64,000 bases of DNA from Candidatus Omnitrophota bacterium. GTDB lineage: Bacteria; Omnitrophota; Gorgyraeia; Zapsychrales; Fredricksoniimonadaceae. The position numbers and the translations under genes are program-made. The stretch lies in assembly GCA_903944345.1 (NCBI GenBank), contig CAJARJ010000001.1, positions 12,339 to 76,338 on the forward strand, in the 5' to 3' direction. The notes beneath the pieces are model-generated. The model was not told where the DNA came from, searched no databases, and saw only the letters and a list, made by a program, of their open reading frames with translations. Of this stretch, positions 26,974 to 40,662 are shown in pieces (the stretch's first letter is position 1; each line of letters begins with the position of its first letter).

Positions 26974-28766
26974 CGTCCCGGCCTCCGCATTTTCGCAACT
27001 TTCTGTTTAGCTGGTTCACGTCCAATAATCCGCATGGCCTTTTGCACCAACGAGGCGCTGCCAGCGTTCTGCGGCTGAAAAAGAGCCCGCTGCATATCTC
27101 TTTCCAACGGCTCTTTGGGCACATAAATCTTCTCGCCAGTAAAAGGATGCCGGCCGGTATGATACATGCATCCGGCCACCGTCATAGGCAACGGAATGAA
27201 ATCCTGAACCTGCTCCGGACGCATATGCCGCACAGCCAGTGCATCCGCACAAGCCACGGCCTCATTGAGTCCGCAACCGGGATGCGCACTGATAAAATAG
27301 TTCACCAGATATTTCCGGCTCTTCAACCCGCGATTGATCCGCTCAAACCTGCGCACAAATTCCTCATAGGCCGAATAGGGCGGCTTGTTCATCAGACGCA
27401 ACACAGGGTCACTGGCATGTTCGGGAGCAACCTTCAACTGCCCGCTAACATGATATTCACACAATTCCCGAAAATAAGTCTCAGCCTCGGGACGCATCAG
27501 CAGGTCGTAACGCAGACCGCTGGCGACAAAAACGTGTTTCACCCCGGGAAGCCGACGCAGGGCCCGATAAAGAGAAAGGGCTTTTGCATAGCCTGTTTCC
27601 AGGGATGGACATTTTTCCGGCATGAGACACTGCCGTTTTGCGCAAGGGCCGCTCTTGTCCCAAAGACGACAGTCCGCGCCATAAAGATTTGCCGTGGGGC
27701 CTCCGACATCACTAATTGTCCCGCGGAAAGCGGGATCTTTTGTCAGCCGCCTGGCCTCTTCAACAAGTGAACGTTCGCTGCGACTCTGAATGATCCGCCC
27801 CTGATGCATGGCCAGACCGCAAAAACTGCACTCACCACTACAGCCGCGCACCGCGGTCAATGACCAGCGTACTGTTTCCAGCCCCCGCACTCCACCAAAC
27901 TGATCATAATACGGATGCCAGTTACGCACATACGGCAATTCATAACTGGCATCCAGCTCTGCCGTAGTCAACGGACGTGCCGGTGGCAACTGCATCACAA
28001 CCCGGTCAGCATGCCGCTGGATCAAGGCCACTCCAGCCCCGGAAGTCATATGCCGGTACGCCAGAGTAAAGGCTGCGTTAAAAGCCACTTGATCCGAACT
28101 AACTTGCTCGAAGGAGGGCAATTCCTGAACTTCCGGCAACGCCCCTGTGTTCCTGACAAATACAACTGTACCGCGAACATCCTGAATGTCGGCAATACTC
28201 TCCCCGCGGTCAAGGCGGGAAACAACTTCGACCAAGGACAACTCGGCCATCCCGTAAACGATCATATCCGCCTTGGCGTCAACTAACAGCGAACGCCGTA
28301 CGGCATTATCCCAATAATCGTAATGTGCCAGGCGGCGCAAACTGGCTTCTATACCTCCCAAGATCACTGGAAGGCCTTTGAAGCAAGCACGTAACCGGCT
28401 GGTGTACACTATAGAAGCGCGGTCAGGCCGCCCGTCCGACATCCCAGAAGCCCCGTAAGCATCGTCCCGGCGCAGGCGCTTGTTGGCCGTATAATTGGCC
28501 ACCATGGAATCTACATTGCCGCCACTGACCAGCGCACACAAACGGGGACAGCCAAGACGCGAGAAATCCTTGTTGGAACGCCAATCCGGACGGGCAATAA
28601 TTCCCACCCGATAACCACGGCTCTCCAGTAATCGCCCGATCAGGGCCATACCATAGGAAGGGTGATCAACATACGCGTCTCCCGAAACCAGCAGCACATC
28701 CAGACCATCCCAGCCCCGGCGCGCCACTTCTTCGGGAAACATCGGCAAAAACGAAAAACCGGCCAT
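26970..28766 (-). CDS. ygiQ: YgiQ family radical SAM protein
   Basis: GDAYVDHPSYG, GGIEASLRR, RGCSGECSFC, SDVGGPTAN, YFISAHPG. Confidence 0.92.
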   Translation of the reverse strand: MAGFSFLPMFPEEVARRGWDGLDVLLVSGDAYVDHPSYGMALIGRLLESRGYRVGIIARPDWRSNKDFSRLGCPRLCALVSGGNVDSMVANYTANKRLRRDDAYGASGMSDGRPDRASIVYTSRLRACFKGLPVILGGIEASLRRLAHYDYWDNAVRRSLLVDAKADMIVYGMAELSLVEVVSRLDRGESIADIQDVRGTVVFVRNTGALPEVQELPSFEQVSSDQVAFNAAFTLAYRHMTSGAGVALIQRHADRVVMQLPPARPLTTAELDASYELPYVRNWHPYYDQFGGVRGLETVRWSLTAVRGCSGECSFCGLAMHQGRIIQSRSERSLVEEARRLTKDPAFRGTISDVGGPTANLYGADCRLWDKSGPCAKRQCLMPEKCPSLETGYAKALSLYRALRRLPGVKHVFVASGLRYDLLMRPEAETYFRELCEYHVSGQLKVAPEHASDPVLRLMNKPPYSAYEEFVRRFERINRGLKSRKYLVNYFISAHPGCGLNEAVACADALAVRHMRPEQVQDFIPLPMTVAGCMYHTGRHPFTGEKIYVPKEPLERDMQRALFQPQNAGSASLVQKAMRIIGREPAKQKVAKMRRPGR

Positions 28767-30382
28767 CAGTCGTACAAAGCCGCTCTCTGGGCTCTGATCC
28801 GCTCGTCGGCCAGATAATCGTCAAAATTTGTACCCGCCCGGTCAATACATCCCCGGGGACTCAACTCGACAATCCGGTTGGCCACTGTCTGAACCAGCTG
28901 ATGATCATGCGAAGAGAACAAAAGCGTTCCGCGAAACTTTTCCAGTCCGCGATTCAGAGCCGTGATGGATTCCAGATCCAGATGATTGGTAGGCTCATCC
29001 ATGATCAAAACATTTGGCTTAATGAGCATCATACGCGACATCATGCAGCGAACTTTCTCTCCTCCGGAAAGAACCGTCACGGGCTTAAGAGATTCCTCCC
29101 CGGAAAATAACATTCTTCCCAGAAATCCACGAATAAACTGCTCGCTGGTGTCATCGGAATACTGCCGCAACCAGTCAATCACAGTCAAAGGACGAGTGAA
29201 ATAAGCCGTATTATCTTTGGGATAATAGCCTCGTTTTGTGGTCACACCCCATTTGAAGGTCCCCTTATCCGGCTGCAGCTCTCCGGCCAGCACCTGAAAA
29301 AGTGTTGTCCGGGCCAGATCATGAGTCCCTACAAACGCCACCTTGTCACCAGGATGAATATCCAGAGAAAGCCGGTCGAACATAAGCTGCCCGTCCACGG
29401 TCTTGGACAAGCCCTCGATATGCAAAATATCGTTCCCGGCCTCGCGCTCCTGCTCGAACCCGATAAAAGGATACTGACGGGAAGAAGGCTTGATCTCGTC
29501 AACCGTCAACTTTTCCAGCATCTTCTTACGGCTGGTGGCCTGACGGGACTTGGAAAGATTGGAACTAAAGCGGGCGATAAACTCCTGCAACTCCCGACGG
29601 CGTTCCTCAATCTTTTTGTTTGCCTCGCCGCGCTGACGCAAGGCCAGCTGACTGGATTCCGACCAGAAAGAATAATTGCCGGAATAAAGCTGAATCTTGC
29701 CGAAATCAATATCGGCAATATGGGTACAAACATTGTCCAGAAAATGACGATCGTGCGAAACCACAACTGCAGTATTTTCAAAACGACTTAAGAAATCTTC
29801 AAGCCACAGGCAGGTCTCGACGTCCAGATGATTGGTCGGCTCGTCAAGCAGCAAAATATCGGGATTTCCGAACAACGCCTGCGCAAGCAGCACCCGGACT
29901 TTCTGTCCGGATTCCAGTTGCTTCATCGGCAGCTGGTGCAAAGCAACGGGAATGCCAAGATTACACAAAAGCTTGCCAGCGTCTGCCTCGGCATCCCAGC
30001 CATTGAGCTCGGCAAACTCGCTCTCCAGCTCAGAAACGCGCATCCCGTCCTCGTCAGTAAAATTCGGACGGGCATAAATCTCGTCTTTCTCCTGCGTAAC
30101 CGCGTACAAACGCTTGTGGCCCATGATGACTGTGGTCAAAACCATGCAATCATCGAAAGCAAACTGATCCTGTTTAAGAACCGAAAGTCTCTTACCGGAA
30201 GGAACAGAAACAGAACCAGCAGTAGATTCGATCTCTCCCGAAAGGATTTTTAGAAATGTGGACTTTCCGGAACCATTGGCTCCGATCAATCCATAACAAT
30301 TCCCAGGAGAAAAAACAATGCTGACATCGGAGAAAAGTTTTCGCTGGCCGTACTGGAGCGAAACACCATTGACGGTAATCAT
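28766..30382 (-). CDS. ybiT: ABC-F family ATPase (YbiT/YkpA-like)
   Basis: GNCYGLIGANGSGKST, FIARFSSNLSKSRQATSRKK, degenerate second Walker A, LSGGEKVRCM. Confidence 0.85.
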   Translation of the reverse strand: MITVNGVSLQYGQRKLFSDVSIVFSPGNCYGLIGANGSGKSTFLKILSGEIESTAGSVSVPSGKRLSVLKQDQFAFDDCMVLTTVIMGHKRLYAVTQEKDEIYARPNFTDEDGMRVSELESEFAELNGWDAEADAGKLLCNLGIPVALHQLPMKQLESGQKVRVLLAQALFGNPDILLLDEPTNHLDVETCLWLEDFLSRFENTAVVVSHDRHFLDNVCTHIADIDFGKIQLYSGNYSFWSESSQLALRQRGEANKKIEERRRELQEFIARFSSNLSKSRQATSRKKMLEKLTVDEIKPSSRQYPFIGFEQEREAGNDILHIEGLSKTVDGQLMFDRLSLDIHPGDKVAFVGTHDLARTTLFQVLAGELQPDKGTFKWGVTTKRGYYPKDNTAYFTRPLTVIDWLRQYSDDTSEQFIRGFLGRMLFSGEESLKPVTVLSGGEKVRCMMSRMMLIKPNVLIMDEPTNHLDLESITALNRGLEKFRGTLLFSSHDHQLVQTVANRIVELSPRGCIDRAGTNFDDYLADERIRAQRAALYD

Positions 30383-30458
30383 AGAATTGTATGCCTGTTA
30401 TGCCGGATCTGCGTCCCGAATGCCCTTTGTCACCGGGCCAGAATGAAAGGAATCCAAA

Positions 30459-30500
30459 CGCAACAGGCCCCTCAGCTTGACAGCCAAAGGGCCTGTTGCG
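30459..30500 (-). terminator. Stem-loop downstream of cspA (probable terminator)
   Basis: CGCAACAGGCCC...GGGCCTGTTGCG 12-bp inverted repeat. Confidence 0.55.
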
Positions 30501-30518
30501 CAACAAAAACGGAAGCTA

Positions 30519-30719
30519 TTACAGCTTCACCACGTTCTTGGCCTGCTCGCCCTTGGGGCCCTGAGCAACCTCAAACTCGACCTCCTGACCCTCAAGAAGG
30601 GTCCTTCTGCCTTCGCAGCGGATCTCGCTGTGGTGAACGAAAACATCCTTACCGGATTCAGGGGTAATAAATCCAAACCCTTTTTCGTCATTGAACCATT
30701 TCACTTTACCTTTTGCCAT
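30519..30719 (-). CDS. cspA: Cold-shock protein
   Basis: [25 protein letters not shown]; AAGGAGGA RBS before ATG 30719. Confidence 0.95.
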   Translation of the reverse strand: MAKGKVKWFNDEKGFGFITPESGKDVFVHHSEIRCEGRRTLLEGQEVEFEVAQGPKGEQAKNVVKL

Positions 30720-30987
30720 TTTATTTAGTCCTCCTTCCTTCGACCTCAACTCAACCAATCTGTCCATCAGAAGCTGGAGAGGCATAATCTCCTTGTGAAC
30801 AGACATGCCACGCACGGAGAACTTCCCGCAACGTTCATCTCACATCCAAAGGGGTGATAAAATTTGCGATAATTATACATCATCTATAAATAAATGCTAC
30901 CTTTTTTTACAACTCATTTTTTCTCGACAGCGCCAGCGAAGAAAAAAACTGTCATCCCGACGGTAAAAATGATTGTTCCCGAAAAAA

Positions 30988-31338
30988 TTAAAGCTGTTCC
31001 GCTGCCAGATCCTCGGAAATACGCACCACCTGTCCTTTATATCTGGGAATAAAATGAATGTGCGCGTGCGTGATCTTTTGTCCGGCCGCTTTACCTGAAC
31101 TGACAAAAAGATTAAAACCGTCCGGGGCCAGCTCGTTCTGCAAAAGCGACTGGGTTTCCACGATCAGCTTGAACATCGCCCCCCATTCCAGCGGGCTGAA
31201 TTCCATAAAAGTAGCCACATGCCTCCGGGGGATAATCAGCGTGTGCCCCTGGGAGACCGGATTGATATCATAAACAGTAAAAGCCAGATCATTTTGCAAA
31301 ACTTTTGGTAAAGGAGAGCAAAACTCGCACTGTGCCAT
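30988..31338 (-). CDS. HIT family hydrolase
   Basis: CEFC, PVSQGHTLIIP, HAHIHFIPR histidine triad. Confidence 0.92.
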   Translation of the reverse strand: MAQCEFCSPLPKVLQNDLAFTVYDINPVSQGHTLIIPRRHVATFMEFSPLEWGAMFKLIVETQSLLQNELAPDGFNLFVSSGKAAGQKITHAHIHFIPRYKGQVVRISEDLAAEQL

Positions 31339-31414
31339 ACATCCTCCTCAAAGTTGTCTCTTATTGTAAGAAATCAGGCGCTCACCGGGCCATTTTCTTT
31401 TGCAGCAGGGGTAT

Positions 31415-31831
31415 TTATTCCTGCCAATTAACAACATCATCCTGCCCCTCGACCCCGTCCCGCCCAAGGGAGAACAGGTCAAAATCATGCGACCGGTGGC
31501 TGCCTGGCGATTTATACTGGTACAATCGACCCCAGGGATCAACCGGATTTTTGTCCAGATAAGGCCCTTTCCAGCGCAAAGCCGATGATGGCGCCTTGAG
31601 AAGCGCCGCCAGACCTTCTTCTGTCGTCGGAAAGGCTCCATTGTCCAACTCATACATCTTAAGAGCCGTGGCCAGATTCAGCTCCACGTCAGCCTGGGCC
31701 ACACTACGCCTGGCCTCCTCGGAACGCCCGGAAAGTTTTGGCACAATCATCGCCGCCAGAACACCGATAATGATCACCACCAACATAATCTCAACCAAAG
31801 TAAAACCTCTGCGAAAACGCCTGAAACTCAT
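31415..31831 (-). CDS. gspG: Type II secretion major pseudopilin GspG
   Basis: RRG|FTLVEIMLVV prepilin motif; LKMYELDNG.FPTTEEGL..L, WKGPYL, DPWG, S.G.DG; start 31831. Confidence 0.92.
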   Translation of the reverse strand: MSFRRFRRGFTLVEIMLVVIIIGVLAAMIVPKLSGRSEEARRSVAQADVELNLATALKMYELDNGAFPTTEEGLAALLKAPSSALRWKGPYLDKNPVDPWGRLYQYKSPGSHRSHDFDLFSLGRDGVEGQDDVVNWQE

Positions 31832-31847
31832 AAGCCTTTGCCTCCGT

Positions 31848-32693
31848 TCAATATTCACGCCAGGAAAGAATTTTTTCCTGGCCAACAACCACTTCGTAAT
31901 CAACTCCTCTGCGGCCCAGAACATATGTCCTAACCTGCAGCCTGAGCGCTGAAGACTTGACATCCAGCGCCCCGGACAAGGACTGCAACAACGCCAGCTG
32001 GGACTGGCCCAGCATGATTTCATTTGAAAGAGTCGCAGCCAACGCGTCAGCGCTTTCAAAAAAACCGTCGTCGTCCGTCCCTTCTGTCTCGTCGGCTCCG
32101 GCACGAACCGCCAGCACCGCCTGAACCAGATTAATATCAAAACCCAACGCCCCCAGCACAACCGAAGAGGCGGTGTTAATGTTAATTTTGCTCTCACCGT
32201 AAACGGTCAAATGCTCCCGACACTGAGCCCATACCTCGGGAGTGACGCCCTCAACCAGTCGCAATTCTTCCAGAACGGCATAAGGGCGCGCTGAACGGAT
32301 AATATTTTCGGCGATGGCCTGGCTTAACCCGGGAATACGAACCAGGATCTCCTGTGTCGCGGTATTCACGTTAATCCTGGCAGTCTCATCTGCCAGGACG
32401 TATTCGGCCTTACCGGACCCCGCCGCAAAAGCCCTGGAACGACCAAGATCGGTCAAAGCATCGTACTCTTTAACCGGCTCTAGTCGCTCGTCAATGACCT
32501 CCAGCGCAGCCGAACGGGCCAGCGGCCAGCCAAGAACCAGTTCCTCATATTTCTTCAGAATGCGGATCCTGGTGGATATCCCGGAAGAAACACCCAAACC
32601 GAGAATGACAAAAAAAACCATCACCCAGAGCGCCGCGATCAGAATGCTGCCGTTATCCCGCGGGAATAAAAACAACTTTCTCGAATTCCTCAT
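31848..32693 (-). CDS. gspK: GspK-like minor pseudopilin with helix-hairpin-helix repeats
   Basis: NG|SILIAALWV (no Glu5), DETARINVNTA, KININTAS. Confidence 0.8.
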   Translation of the reverse strand: MRNSRKLFLFPRDNGSILIAALWVMVFFVILGLGVSSGISTRIRILKKYEELVLGWPLARSAALEVIDERLEPVKEYDALTDLGRSRAFAAGSGKAEYVLADETARINVNTATQEILVRIPGLSQAIAENIIRSARPYAVLEELRLVEGVTPEVWAQCREHLTVYGESKININTASSVVLGALGFDINLVQAVLAVRAGADETEGTDDDGFFESADALAATLSNEIMLGQSQLALLQSLSGALDVKSSALRLQVRTYVLGRRGVDYEVVVGQEKILSWREY

Positions 32694-33204
32694 CCTGATA
32701 TTTCCCCCGCAACGAAACTGCCTGGCATAACCCGAGTTCTTTGGTCCACTCTTCACTACGGGTCACCCCTTGCCCGCTGATGACCAGATATTCCAGCGAC
32801 AAGTCCGTCGCAGCCAGCATACGCTTTTCAACAGGAGTTTCCTGCCCGGCACGAATATCCGCAAGCCGCTCGACGCGCCGGACCAGACCCCCCTCGTTCA
32901 CCCTGACTTCATAGGCGACGCGAACCACCTGTCCGTCGTGAACCATCGCAAAAATAAAATGACTGCGATCACCTTCCATTCCGATCTCGGGTACGGATTG
33001 CGCCTGACGAATGTCCCGGGCCACAACTTCCAGATCAATACGGAACATATCCTGCACGCCGCTCGAACTGGTAATCCTGCTCCACAAACGCAAGCCCGAA
33101 ACCAGTACCCCGCCCAAACCTGCCGCCACGCAGCCCAGAATCACGCTGACCAGCATAATCTCGACGAGGGTAAATCCGTAGCGGCGCCGACTACTCTTTT
33201 TCAT
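32653..33204 (-). CDS. gspJ: GspJ-like minor pseudopilin
   Basis: RRYG|FTLVEIML prepilin motif; position in the cluster. Confidence 0.7.
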   Translation of the reverse strand: MKKSSRRRYGFTLVEIMLVSVILGCVAAGLGGVLVSGLRLWSRITSSSGVQDMFRIDLEVVARDIRQAQSVPEIGMEGDRSHFIFAMVHDGQVVRVAYEVRVNEGGLVRRVERLADIRAGQETPVEKRMLAATDLSLEYLVISGQGVTRSEEWTKELGLCQAVSLRGKYQDEEFEKVVFIPAG

Positions 33205-33589
33205 GCACAAGAAAGCCCAGCACTTCATCCCTGGCTACCACCCCTTCCTTCCAGACTACTGACAGCAAAACCCGGCTGAGGCCAGTCTGCTGATCATCCC
33301 GACGCCAGGCAGAAACATCCTGACTGAAAACCGCCTTCCGCCCTCCGGCCATAAGCCGCGGTTCCGACGTAAAAAGCTCGTCGTCGCCCCCGGCCTCCTG
33401 CCAACGCGCAAGACCGGTATCCAGCCACACAAGAGCTGCAAAACGATTATTAAGATGATCCAGAGCGGACGCCGCCGAAAGAAATGAACGCAAAACACCG
33501 ACAATACCAACGGAAAGGATGCAGACGGCGACCATCAGCTCAACCAGGGAGAAACCGGAGCCGGCAGGCTCACTGCAACGCCAGCTCAA
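33191..33589 (-). CDS. gspI: GspI/PilV-like minor pseudopilin
   Basis: SG|FSLVELMVAVCIL prepilin motif; C-terminal LSVVW. Confidence 0.7.
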   Translation of the reverse strand: MSWRCSEPAGSGFSLVELMVAVCILSVGIVGVLRSFLSAASALDHLNNRFAALVWLDTGLARWQEAGGDDELFTSEPRLMAGGRKAVFSQDVSAWRRDDQQTGLSRVLLSVVWKEGVVARDEVLGFLVHEKE

Positions 33590-34106
33590 TGGTCAACTCC
33601 CCTTTCAGCAGGGCAGCGGATTCGTCCTTGGCGCTCAAAGACAGGCGGATAATCCGAATGAGAAGACGGCTGTTTTCAACCAACCGGACAAAATCCATGA
33701 CTTTCTCCGGAGTGCCTTCCATGCGCAAATCAACCTTGAGAATTTTGCTGCGCAAAATGGCTTCCTGAGTCCCCTGTGGACTGAGATTTATAATGGAAAC
33801 CCCGGCTTCTTTGGCAATACGCTCGCTCTCGCGTAAAAGCGCCTCGGAAAGCACTCGCACATCGGACTCTTTGCCAGGCAAATACTCCTTGTAGCGGGAA
33901 TGCTCCTCCTGAATCGCCTGCGCACCCTGGCGTATGCCTAAAAGACGCACAAACTTTTCTTCGGAAGCAGACGTCTGCTGGCTGATCGCCCGGAATTTGG
34001 CACGAATATCCTTGACGATCCAGACCACCACAAACAACGTCAGCAGCAGACAAGCCGCACCGATGAGCATGACACTGTTCTTTTTATCAGACAGAAAATT
34101 GGCCAT
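33570..34106 (-). CDS. pilO: PilO/GspM-like inner membrane platform protein
   Basis: N-terminal TM, coiled coil, ferredoxin-like C-terminus (EGT..VMDFV..VE); follows pilM/N. Confidence 0.7.
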   Translation of the reverse strand: MANFLSDKKNSVMLIGAACLLLTLFVVVWIVKDIRAKFRAISQQTSASEEKFVRLLGIRQGAQAIQEEHSRYKEYLPGKESDVRVLSEALLRESERIAKEAGVSIINLSPQGTQEAILRSKILKVDLRMEGTPEKVMDFVRLVENSRLLIRIIRLSLSAKDESAALLKGELTIELALQ

Positions 34107-34109
34107 AAA

Positions 34110-35480
34110 TCACTCAACCGTAAAACTGACTTCGAATTCCGTCAGATCCCGATCCCTGACTTTTTTCTTACGTGTCGAACGTGTCTGGACATCGCGAAAC
34201 CGCTTGATGCCCCCCAGGCTATCAATAAACTGAAACGCTGTAGCCAGCCCGTCCGCCTGGCCGCGCAAAAAAACCTTGCCCTTTTCGTCAAGCGAAACAG
34301 CGGTAATCGCCACCGTATCCGGAATAATGGACTGAACCTCAGACACAATAACCCCGGGGGTCTGCCGGGCATTCAGATTCTTTTTAACAAAATCGGTCTT
34401 GCCCGCCTTGTCGACAACCTCAGAAAGTTCCCGCTCCAGCAGAGCAGTCTTGAACTGGACAGTTTTTAAATGACTTTCCCGAATATATACCTGTGACCAG
34501 TAAAAACCTCCGACCAGAACCAGCAGATAGCAAAACAGGCCGGAAAAGAAAACCAGATCCGCCGTATCCTTGCGCAGGGTCTTGCGAATCTGAATCTCCG
34601 GAAGCAAAAGCGTAGCCTCGGCCGAACCCTCACCGCCAAGGACAGCCATGCTGCTCACGGAAACATCGGATCCAACCCCCTTGGCAGACGACTCCACTGT
34701 AACCGGAACATCAAATTCGTCTTTAAGTTTCTGCTCCAGCAAGCCTGCCGCCTTGGCCCCACAAAGCACAATACCGGCAATCTTCTGGTTCATTTCCTCG
34801 TTATGAAACATGACCAAAGACTGCTTGACCTCGCCGATAAATTTAAGCGACGCCGACTCGAAATCGGAAATAAGGCTTCTGGCCCCGACATTGATGCTTC
34901 GGGAGAACAACAAATTATCTTTCTGCATGATTACACAGTCAGTAAAGCCTGCGTCGATGTCCAGAACCAGCATTAACGCCTCGCTGGCGGGTTGGGAGCG
35001 ATACGCGTTCCAAAGACCGTAACTGGACAAAGTCAGACGCTCAACCAGAAGCCCGGCTTTCTCGACCATAGCCACCTGTCGACGCAGAATGTCTGCCCGC
35101 ACAATAACCACCAGCACACGAGTATAACCGACCTCATCCTTGCCGATAATCCGGTGACCGCTGACCACGTCCTCTTTTTTATAAGGAACCATCCTGACAA
35201 TATTGAGATCCACCATCTGGGCAATTTCGCGCTCGTCTTCGGAAGGAAGGTGCAGATTACGAACAGTTGCGGCATTCCTGGAGATCGACAACGTCACCCG
35301 GCCCGAACGGGAGCGCCAGCGTTTGAGGCAGGAAGCCAGCGCCTGGGCCGAAAGGACATCGTTCTCCTGAACGTCTTCGGCAGCGAACTCTTCGGCACGA
35401 AAGCCTGCTCCGGCAGACTGTGCCTGGGCAACCTTGATATGCTCTCTGGAAATTTGAACAATGTAATTCTGTTTTGCCAT
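34110..35480 (-). CDS. pilM: PilM-PilN fusion (GspL-like)
   Basis: Actin-like N-part (LVLDIDAGFT, FSRSI, IVLCG), one TM, PilN-like C-part (IPDTVAITAVSL..LRGQA). Confidence 0.75.
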   Translation of the reverse strand: MAKQNYIVQISREHIKVAQAQSAGAGFRAEEFAAEDVQENDVLSAQALASCLKRWRSRSGRVTLSISRNAATVRNLHLPSEDEREIAQMVDLNIVRMVPYKKEDVVSGHRIIGKDEVGYTRVLVVIVRADILRRQVAMVEKAGLLVERLTLSSYGLWNAYRSQPASEALMLVLDIDAGFTDCVIMQKDNLLFSRSINVGARSLISDFESASLKFIGEVKQSLVMFHNEEMNQKIAGIVLCGAKAAGLLEQKLKDEFDVPVTVESSAKGVGSDVSVSSMAVLGGEGSAEATLLLPEIQIRKTLRKDTADLVFFSGLFCYLLVLVGGFYWSQVYIRESHLKTVQFKTALLERELSEVVDKAGKTDFVKKNLNARQTPGVIVSEVQSIIPDTVAITAVSLDEKGKVFLRGQADGLATAFQFIDSLGGIKRFRDVQTRSTRKKKVRDRDLTEFEVSFTVE

Positions 35481-35484
35481 AAGA

Positions 35485-36705
35485 TCAGCTTACAAACTGG
35501 GTTATCTGGAACGTCGGCAGCAGGATCGAAAGAACAATTCCCCCAAGAACCACGCCGATAACCAGAATCAGTAACGGCTCAAGCAGGGCCGTCACAACAG
35601 CGATATCCGCTTCGATTTGCTGGGAATAGGAGGCCAGAATCTCTTCCAGAACTTCGACCAGCCGACCTGACTCCTCCCCGATTGCAATCATCTTAACAAA
35701 AAAATCCGGTAATTGTGCATAAAGGTTTAAACTTTTTGCGATACCCCCTCCATCCGCAACCGCACGGCAGGCTTTGGTCAAGCCCTCCCGAAGCCGGGGG
35801 TCTTCCATCGTCGGGACAGCCAGCTCGAACGCGGTCAAGGCCGGCACCCCGCTTTTGAGCAAAAGTACCAGTGCCCGCGTAAACTGCACCAGCTGCTGGC
35901 TTGTCATCAGTTGCCGCAAAACAGGAATGCGACGAACAACCTGCCCAAGGGCAAGGGACAGGAACGCTTTCCCCCGGGGATGGAAACAGGCCGCAACCAG
36001 TCCGACCACTCCCAGAAGAACCAGTGGCCAGGAACGATTTAGCAAAGTACTCGTCTGCAAAACAATCCGCGTCGTCAGCGGAAGCTCCCGGCCCAACCCT
36101 TCCAGCAAAGGACGCAGACGCGGTACTACAAAATTCATCAGGACAAACACGCTGAGAAAACCGACACCCCCCAACAACGACGGATACGCCAGAGCGACAC
36201 GAATGCGGCTGCGCATGGCGGCATCGCGGGACATAAAATCGTTAATCTGCTCGAGCGCGGCATCCAGCCGACCACTCGCCTCCCCCGCCCGGATAATATG
36301 CACAAACAAAGCGGAGAAATATTCCGGATAACGCGACAGCGCTTCGGAGAAAGACTTGCCCTCACGCGCCATCGCATGCAGCTGCTGGATGACATCCCGA
36401 AAAACAGGATTCTCGGTCTGCTCGTGAATAATGGCCAGGCCGGAAAGAATTTCCACCCGCGCGCGCGTCAGGGTAGTCATTTTCTTGACGAACAAAAGAA
36501 CATCTGTCTGGGTCACCCGTTTCGGACGAGCCTGACGTGGGCGCGAGGAAGGCATGGCTGCCACGCCGGATTCCGGCGCAATATGAACAGGAAAAAGCCC
36601 GAGGACAGACAGTTTGGAAACAGCATCTGCCTGGCTCTCGGCATCGATGCTGCCCTCGGTTACTTCGGTAAGATTCTTTTTTGCCTTGTAAACAAACCTG
36701 GGCAT
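35485..36705 (-). CDS. gspF: GspF/PilC inner membrane platform protein
   Basis: MPRFVYKA, GEASGRLD, ALAYP, GEESGRL, LLEP. Confidence 0.92.
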   Translation of the reverse strand: MPRFVYKAKKNLTEVTEGSIDAESQADAVSKLSVLGLFPVHIAPESGVAAMPSSRPRQARPKRVTQTDVLLFVKKMTTLTRARVEILSGLAIIHEQTENPVFRDVIQQLHAMAREGKSFSEALSRYPEYFSALFVHIIRAGEASGRLDAALEQINDFMSRDAAMRSRIRVALAYPSLLGGVGFLSVFVLMNFVVPRLRPLLEGLGRELPLTTRIVLQTSTLLNRSWPLVLLGVVGLVAACFHPRGKAFLSLALGQVVRRIPVLRQLMTSQQLVQFTRALVLLLKSGVPALTAFELAVPTMEDPRLREGLTKACRAVADGGGIAKSLNLYAQLPDFFVKMIAIGEESGRLVEVLEEILASYSQQIEADIAVVTALLEPLLILVIGVVLGGIVLSILLPTFQITQFVS

Positions 36706-36710
36706 AAATT

Positions 36711-40659
<3,949 letters not shown>

Positions 40660-40662
40660 AGA

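Noticed and set aside
30720-30815. N-terminal extension of the cold-shock ORF
   Set aside because: Strong RBS directly before ATG 30719; the upstream stretch is probably the long 5' UTR usual for csp genes
31832-32197. N-terminal extension of the GspG ORF (260 aa in the track)
   Set aside because: Overlaps gspK in another frame; the prepilin motif and GGAGG RBS place the start at 31831
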